Assembly (NCBI GenBank): GCA_017454945.1
Contig: JAFTCA010000121.1
Coordinates: 118-64,117, forward strand
Source: Bacteroidales bacterium
Lineage (GTDB): Bacteria > Bacteroidota > Bacteroidia > Bacteroidales > WCHB1-69
Reading direction: 5' to 3'
DNA: 64,000 bases
In this document: piece after piece, positions 60,201-64,000 of the stretch
Layout of the letters: each line of letters starts with the position of its first letter
Numbering within the stretch: position 1 is the stretch's first letter
Position numbers and translations under genes: made by a program
The notes under the pieces: generated by a model
What the model was told of the DNA's origin: nothing
Seen by the model: the letters and a program-made list of their open reading frames with translations, nothing else
Database searches by the model: none

Positions 60201-63200
60201 TTCTTCAGTAACATATACTGTAAAAGTATCTGTCTTTTCACAGCCACTGAAGTCGCTGAAAGTAGTCAGTACAAATTGGTGTGCACCTATTGTTTCAAGA
60301 CCTGAGAAGATAACCGTGTCAATACCATAGATATTGGTTGCCACAGGTTTCGTATAGTCAATGTCCAAGGTGTCGGTAACAGCCTTCTTCACATTAGGAG
60401 TAGAAGTGAAGGTTACCGTATCGTTTGCGTTGAGAGCTTTCCAGAAGTATCTGAAAGGATTCTTTTCGGTGAGATATTCATCTTCGAATGCGGCACCAGC
60501 AAATACCACCTCAGCACCAGGACATACCTCTATTGAAGTGTATTCTAATTCAGTATTGGGTTTTGCATCAACAAGGATTTTAACACTGTCAGAAACTGCA
60601 TCGCAATCGCAGCCAGAGCAGCTGCCGTTATTGGAGACGGTCAATACCAAGCGGTAAGGGTTAACGCTGGGTTGAAGTTCGCTAACAGTCTCTTTGCTTA
60701 TGGTAACTTCTACCTTGTTAGTGTCTTTGTTAAGAGCACCGCTACCATCAGTAATAGACCATTGGTCGGGAGTATTGGCATCAACCAAAGCAAAGTTATA
60801 ATTCAACTCTTGCAAATTAGGATTCTGTGAAACATACTCCATAGCGTGGTTGATAACCGTGAATTCGAGTTTTACAGAACCGTCTTCGCAAAGCAGAGTA
60901 TCGTTGGGAACGATGATTTCGGGATCCTTAACCACTACAACAGTGAAAGTATCACGAACGTCGCAACCAAGTTCTTCGGCATCCTCAACAACCAATTCGA
61001 AGTTGTACGTACCGGGAACAATTGTATCATAGCTTGTAAACACATCATCCACATTCAAAGGATTAGCATAGGTTTGCGTACCCTTAGCAATCGTATCGGG
61101 AAGAGTAGCTCTAAAATTAGCGGGAGCCTCTACCAATATATATTTATAATTTACATCGCGGGTGTAAGGCATGCTCGTAGTCACTCTCGGATAAACTTGG
61201 AGTGAAGGATTGCCTTCGCATACGAAAGTGGAATCGGGAACATTTTCAATAACCGGATCTGGATAGAGATAAATCATGGTTGAGTCTTTTACAGAGCAAC
61301 CAGGCATATCGCTTACCAGGTTGAAGTAGAACTTAGCCGTATTGTTCTGCAAAGTATCGAAGTCCTTGTTAACAACGGTCAGATCCAATTTATCTTTAAC
61401 AGAATACATACGATCAGCATCCACTTCGCTGCAATTCAAATCAATAGTGTCTTTCTTGGTCCAAGTGGTGTGTGAAGCACCTTCGCCTTCTGACCAGAAA
61501 TATTTGAAGTTCATATCAGCGCAACTGTCAACCGTAAGAGCAGGGCCCTCAACGAAAGCAGTACCACCGTAGCAGATAGAATCAGCATCGGTCAACTCGA
61601 TTTGAGCTGGTTCGATAACCGAAACATACACGGTGTCATAAGCCAAGCAAGATTCATGAACCTTCTCTTGGTTATAAACTGTCACGGTAATTTGGTAAAC
61701 ACCTGGTTCGGTATTCGCAGTTGTAACGAATGTCAGGACAGAATCTGTACTGCTGGCATCGCGACCGTTGATTTGCCATGCATAATACAGTTTTGAAATA
61801 GGTTCAGCATTATTGGTAGCACGAACCAACAAAGTAGAGTCACCGCCCTTACACATAGTGAAATCTTCGGGGAAGAAGGTGATTTCGGGATCGGGATAAA
61901 CTTTCACGAGGATAGTGCTATCCACAACGCAGCCCTTCATCGGGATTTGTCCGTTAAAGAAGAACTGAGCGGTTACGCGGAAGAAGCTATCAGCTTCAAG
62001 CACACCCGTTGTAGCGTTTTTGTTATCTACCGAGAAATATCTTACAGGAGGAAGCGTATCGGTAACGGTCTCTTTATCGTTAGCCAACGACTCCCACATA
62101 TATTCCATGTAACCATTCTTGAATTCGATGGTAGCTTCGGCTGACAAGTTAGCTTCACCACCATAGCACAAGGTGTCGGTATTAACATAGGTGAATACGG
62201 GAGGAGCGATTACGACAACCTTCATCATAGTAGGCTCGGTTTCACAACCAGGAATGTCGGTACTATCGTATTTAGCTTCTACCATATAATAATATACACC
62301 AGGATCACCTTCCAGAGCAACCTTGAATTCAGAATCGCCCTTGGTGGAACCTGTTTGAACTTGTTGCGGATTAGTTCCTTGAGCATCGTCGCATGAATAC
62401 CAAGTGTAGTTCATATTGATACCAGTCAGACGATGGTCAACGGTTTTGACAGAAGCTACAGCACGCAGCGTATCGGAAACGCAGATGGTATCAGGTCTAG
62501 CCTCAACGCTGATGGTAGGATTGTCGTAAACCACCACATCGATTGTGTCGGTAGCGTAGCAACCTTGGCTCTTCAAGAAATCGCTCTGATAAACTTCCAC
62601 GCGAGCACGAATCGTGTCGTAATTAGGAGTGTTATCAGTCTTATACAACTGTTTCTCTGCATTACCAATAACTTGTTCAGGGCGTGATGAAGCTTGAACC
62701 GTAGTCCAATTCGAACCAGATTCATCAACACCAACAATGTCCCAACCAAAATAGTTAACAACATTATCCAAACCCGTGTTTTCTACAATCTTGGCAGCAA
62801 TTTCCAATGTATCTCCCACACATACTGTCTGCTTGTTAGAAGCTACATAAGTATCAACTTCGGGAGCAGTGTGGAAAGTAACCGTAACAGGTTGTGAGTA
62901 AATCACAGGAGTGAAGGTACTGATAGAATTGGGTCCCTTCACAGTAGTGATGGTACCATAGAAAGAGATTGCTTTACTTGTTACATGTTCAGCCTTCATT
63001 GCATCCACATACGGGGTTGCATCTACGATGAAGCCAGAACCACGGTTATCGGATGAGCTAACATCCAGAGGATCTCTCTTCTTGGTGTCCAACAATTTTC
63101 CGTCTTGGTCATAGAAACGGAAATACAATGTATCGGTGGCACGACCATCGTCGTTCTGAGTGGTCAACTGCAAACCGAACACACCTGTACCGCAGACATC

Positions 63201-63800
63201 CTGAGCCACAATAGCTGTAAAGGGAGCTGTGGGATTGTTGGGATTGATGGCGACTGTCTTTGCCATTACTGAAAAGCCCGGATAGTGTTGAGCATCCAAA
63301 TAGGTAATTTTCAACTCAGCCGACTTCGACAAGGACGGATTGGTTTTGTTATAAGCCGTCACACGATAGAACAGCGTGCCATTACTATTTGCCGCATCGG
63401 TCACAACGGAGTCCTTACCGGTAAAGTCTGGCAACTCGGTCCATTCGGTTTCATCGCCTTTCTTCATCTCCCATTTGGTCTTCGTGAGATCAAACAGGTC
63501 ATCATCACCCAAATAGAGCCACAACTGAACACTTGTGTTCTCCATTAATTCGGCTTCGGTTTGTGGATTATCAAGGTCCACAATACCAATACCTACTTCT
63601 ACGTCATCCCATGTGTCATCGGTGACAGGCAGGGGCGCCGCAAATGGATGTGAAGTCAGACATTGCGAAATCGTCGGGGAGTAAGCGTAAGTCAACGCTT
63701 TCGCGTTCGCTAAATTCCCTGTGACAACTTCACTTCGAGCTTGGCAAGTCCCTATTACTAGGAACGCCATCAGGAAATAAATCATAAACTTTTTCATCAC
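51252..63800 (-). CDS. giant (4182 aa) T9SS-secreted surface protein made of Ig-like repeats
   Basis: Signal peptide, then dozens of ~90-aa domains (ICEGG..TLTA...Y.YQW..NG..I.GAT..TY....L.AG.Y.Y.V.V......C). A QRWDDVV..NN..YQWYKNG domain precedes the type-A-like CTD (IKVYPTPA...DIYDDKGALV...GTYFGRV...KFIIVH). Start is GTG 63800 or ATG 63797. Confidence 0.92.
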   Translation of the reverse strand: MMKKFMIYFLMAFLVIGTCQARSEVVTGNLANAKALTYAYSPTISQCLTSHPFAAPLPVTDDTWDDVEVGIGIVDLDNPQTEAELMENTSVQLWLYLGDDDLFDLTKTKWEMKKGDETEWTELPDFTGKDSVVTDAANSNGTLFYRVTAYNKTNPSLSKSAELKITYLDAQHYPGFSVMAKTVAINPNNPTAPFTAIVAQDVCGTGVFGLQLTTQNDDGRATDTLYFRFYDQDGKLLDTKKRDPLDVSSSDNRGSGFIVDATPYVDAMKAEHVTSKAISFYGTITTVKGPNSISTFTPVIYSQPVTVTFHTAPEVDTYVASNKQTVCVGDTLEIAAKIVENTGLDNVVNYFGWDIVGVDESGSNWTTVQASSRPEQVIGNAEKQLYKTDNTPNYDTIRARVEVYQSDFLKSQGCYATDTIDVVVYDNPTISVEARPDTICVSDTLRAVASVKTVDHRLTGINMNYTWYSCDDAQGTNPQQVQTGSTKGDSEFKVALEGDPGVYYYMVEAKYDSTDIPGCETEPTMMKVVVIAPPVFTYVNTDTLCYGGEANLSAEATIEFKNGYMEYMWESLANDKETVTDTLPPVRYFSVDNKNATTGVLEADSFFRVTAQFFFNGQIPMKGCVVDSTILVKVYPDPEITFFPEDFTMCKGGDSTLLVRATNNAEPISKLYYAWQINGRDASSTDSVLTFVTTANTEPGVYQITVTVYNQEKVHESCLAYDTVYVSVIEPAQIELTDADSICYGGTAFVEGPALTVDSCADMNFKYFWSEGEGASHTTWTKKDTIDLNCSEVDADRMYSVKDKLDLTVVNKDFDTLQNNTAKFYFNLVSDMPGCSVKDSTMIYLYPDPVIENVPDSTFVCEGNPSLQVYPRVTTSMPYTRDVNYKYILVEAPANFRATLPDTIAKGTQTYANPLNVDDVFTSYDTIVPGTYNFELVVEDAEELGCDVRDTFTVVVVKDPEIIVPNDTLLCEDGSVKLEFTVINHAMEYVSQNPNLQELNYNFALVDANTPDQWSITDGSGALNKDTNKVEVTISKETVSELQPSVNPYRLVLTVSNNGSCSGCDCDAVSDSVKILVDAKPNTELEYTSIEVCPGAEVVFAGAAFEDEYLTEKNPFRYFWKALNANDTVTFTSTPNVKKAVTDTLDIDYTKPVATNIYGIDTVIFSGLETIGAHQFVLTTFSDFSGCEKTDTFTVYVTEEKIHITSNNDTICQRYGDEAEFVANVTFDIVKYTYDYQWTYGSGSDVVVLKEEKDLPVAPGQQTLTLSQATITSDVEEIKHFFDSLKEGTHYITLNVHQDTTDCEMSFTDTLVVYPNPSVTIDTNYLKPCPGYNTILTLKQDTWNPEFVYYWSMKDSLTGEYIFTDQLDLNSFPTLTTTPFDEDEVRIYYIKALNEVTGCYSEDSIIIHTAKNPIEELLAVPSALEVCAGTPVFLDGIIKPEEKPDIQTYEWFKCEAEEVDPGSGIFTCPEFDLDNLCPHYSDALDTLDTFEDAMDEGGVFCYHLLANTEGYNCPIHATTPLIKVHPNIQVELTADHDTICSGGSVVVSATITNSKAYFKHAPSDKHVFYYRVFENGMPISEEMSTLPGDTVISFITNPSLHENENNATAYVYQIRVSGFSFLCHACDTNSCYSMVPGVRITVLSDPMASITGPTVLPFGYTDSMLVCNVSRGYGEVTEVQWYKENVLIEGATGDTLRLPADLAYGDHHYYAAIKQSGCGCEAITSEFVLHVMDTIILDVDVNGYDCSQKTASITVTPVGDASSINRYHWVLDGEELSEATNVLNNAAPGKYTIEAIMAGGVVAATAEVELPDYGTLQVAITPASPQNVALNGQSTSVTYTAQVAGGSGSYTYQWYMSGENGTEQPIAGANAEVYNTPSNMAAGQYYYFVEVTDSASGCSAKSGIVQAIVANDILVRIEGIESACEGSIVTLTAIVEGDQIGHKYQWKYFGDYIVGATEPQYVINTDSLGAGNHEFYVEITRDGCESVLSPVFYFNVIETPVVLAKGDTNLCPGATTTFVAETFSSMIEQPYKWIWFTSDSDTVAVTYENYYNFDEAGKYFVESVFATSICSAVSDTFEIVPARELKEIEIKEANDLYVMCDGGQVNFSIIDSNLTNAEDSIYFGTPYYQWYVNGKKIGGADKNYYSSSPLTADYDVTNYLYAVEVTYSNYTCAIATDTFNVQVVANPTVVISGDPVICAGNNIHLTANANDTITGDTLAVQYEWRLDNVTIAEGKELDSLFEASVDPYNFTVVVTRNAGCRTESAPFQVLVNAAPVVNITATDTVICEGGEATFTANLNDYNADELMYQWTMVADGDTTELAGATKDAYTAKNLTAGEYEFIVAVSQKTSDCVVGDTFKLNVIADPVIDSISVSDTMICEGAPIVVTAFVTKSDSINGAATYTWYKNGALMEGIVDSTFTDYPTVTDGDQAEFVYSAVVTLAGTGCDAKMVYSKTVVVNANPTVVISGDPIICNGTNVHLTANVNDTLTDAAEITYEWRLDNVKIAEGKELDTLMNDSIDPYTFTVVVNRNNGCEAVSAPFQVLVNAAPIVTVTATDTAICEGGDVTFTANLADYNADNLMYQWAVVDGDTTEIAGATQATYTAKNLTAGNYEYIVTVGQKTSDCEATGSAKLTVVADPVIDSISVSDTMICEGAPIVVTAFVTKNDSINGAATYTWYKNGALMEGVVDSTFTDYLTVTDGDQAEFVYSAVVTLAGTGCDAKMVYSKTVVVNANPSVVISGDPIICNGTNVHLTANVNDTLTDAVDMTYEWRLDNVKIAEGKELDTLLNDSVDPYIFTVVVNRNNGCEAVSAPFQVLVNAAPIVTVTATDTAICEGGEATFTANLADYNADNLMYQWTKVVDGDTTEIAGATQATYNAKNLTAGEYEFIVSVGQKTSDCVAGDTIKLTVVADPKIDSITFSQTEICEGGAVEIEAIDSLAFEGEAVYTWYRNGQVLEGINGKKFVEYALTTDGDSTVYTYAVKVTQPISGCESEVYTAEQTVTVYANPTVEVEVAGSPVVCEGGQVTLTANVVGGTADTEYQWYKDNVAMEGETNNTLTIADLTARETSYNFFVEIKQGKTGCNNKSNVVEVTVVKAPVVTIASNYDAICEGGTATLTATIEGGVAGVNGLGTYNYIWKQNGETVAEGQDTYTLPDDLTAGDYAYQLTVEPADSAYNCGATSNVANVQVVADPEVTIKVAETYDADVCEGGKTFLVSEVTGGIGENSYQWYRNGIILAGETNPTLVTDPELAAGTYEYTLYVTQTGVECAAWSNELEANVLEVPDVTIEGADNVCVGGTVTLTAEVTPADESYTEYQWYRNGTAIYGANTPSYVTSNALSAGDYTYTVTIKNLVSGCVAQSAAVDANVVADPKVVIKGAQDVCEGGSVVLTAEVIGGIEGAEYEYAWYLNGEQIAGANQSTYTTPTSLEATNTADHYYYTVEITPVVDGATNHGCNAISESVIADVIEGPVAVITGNGTICEGGSVTLVANVATPGTYYYKWFLNGEEIAGATNATYTTPNTLTEGTQQYSVEVAAGKSNSNCTYTATADVEVVADPVVTAEASITEMCVGGKTVLTATVTGGMENTENVTYRWTRNGEVISNVTGATFTDMLTVAGTYEYVVTVEQTESTILTGCAAESEPITVEVANQPDVTIVWDGLLDVCEGGSIELTAQIEGGVGEYEYQWRRNNRILPDNGETLTTDNSLTYGEYIYTVTAVPTVESCKQTSDQVTTHVVTQPYWTSTVVRYPEMCEGEIIELAATVKGGVQDNNGNNGGFIIWKKFSDGAESGVDGELGGFSYDIAKEGTYFYYPTYNGPMGSNCVLEAPEGTKVEVHATPTAIAETAEGSDIICTYETAEIIVSFTGTAPFTFFVQDMNTNATTSYTTYENPYSIFVTPSKTTTYHIYSLGDAFCEAAPNAADSYVTVVVSDMDFDTNFVKVCPDENATATFHVTAISGNPTAFSTTGLSDYGMNDYTDEPFDGSNINIDFTGAEPGDYEFTILIDECIYPVTVRVLMGAGGAGKVVEQRWDDVVVANNNPETNGGYRFVAYQWYKNGEPIPGATGQYYNEVGGLNGYYSLWAMTEDGRVFESCEIAIATAARIKVYPTPAHVDQEVTIELPLTEEELEGGVLDIYDDKGALVQHISVIEQVTKVRGFHAAGTYFGRVTTGTNEIKTVKFIIVH
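54778..57248 (-). repeat. intragenic tandem triplication (~820-nt unit, about three Ig-like domains)
   Basis: The anchor ggattagc recurs at 54778, 55597, 56416 and 57241 (spacings 819, 819, 825). The anchor ccattgatacatcag recurs at 55230, 56049 and 56871. Confidence 0.85.
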
Positions 63801-63978
63801 TTTGAATTTAATTATTAATAGTTTGATTTTGAATTATTTATTTGCTTTTGAAATTGTTTCGTTTCTCATAATGCGCGGGAAATCATTAATATAACTCCCG
63901 CAATAGTACGCCCTTTCGGCGGATTTGTTACAGTTTTTCGAGCTTTTCTTCATTTTTGTCCTTTTTATATTCAACTTG

Positions 63979-63986
63979 CAAAATTA
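63979..63986 (-). promoter_or_regulatory. Bacteroidota -7 promoter box (TAATTTTG) for the giant gene
   Basis: Matches TAnnTTTG about 180 nt upstream of the start codon. Confidence 0.55.
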
Positions 63987-64000
63987 CAAAAATTCCAACA

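Noticed and set aside
3103-63548. Many long overlapping or antisense ORFs in the track (e.g. 7429-8595, 9349-10119, 14224-14976, 17694-18542, 21014-21778, 44676-45098, 49782-50477, 55182-55733, 56004-56552)
   Set aside because: They lie opposite or out of frame to well-supported genes and have no recognisable motifs. They are explained by codon bias leaving few stops in shadow frames. The two similar ORFs at 55182 and 56004 simply mirror the internal triplication.
63880-63935. c-di-GMP-I riboswitch in the giant gene leader
   Set aside because: Only a GAAA-like loop hairpin is present; the conserved GACGCAAAG junction and the second-stem signature are absent.

Overview
Chromosomal window from a Bacteroidota (Bacteroidales-like) genome. 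The assignment rests on TAnnTTTG promoter boxes, T9SS C-terminal sorting domains, a split 5'-nucleotidase and a type-B L31. Most of the window is housekeeping and envelope genes: methionine gamma-lyase-like enzyme, tRNA-Leu/tRNA-His, AsmA, ftsQ-ftsA, TonB receptor plus PCMD lipoprotein, holA, amn, GH20, rpmE2, mrdA-rodA, ruvC, manA and an ABC-F protein. Four accessory parts stand out. (1) An AT-rich block at 1-~3870 ends in a likely graspetide RiPP locus: a precursor at 363-659 followed 3 nt later by an ATP-grasp maturase-like ORF that starts at 359, runs off the left edge and is missing from the ORF track. (2) A membrane Ser/Thr kinase has a convergent partner gene and operator-like upstream repeats. 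(3) An operon runs hypB - large Fe-S flavoprotein - hypA - two membrane proteins, with no hydrogenase or urease in the window. (4) A 4182-aa Ig-repeat T9SS cargo with an internal nucleotide-level triplication is followed by a beta-barrel/OmpA fusion protein. Intergenic DNA carries dispersed ~30-nt GTAG-type REP-like palindromes and 7-nt-period tandem repeats that often begin at stop codons. I found no CRISPR array, rRNA, integrase or transposase. All product names come from motif recognition by eye; no database searches were run.
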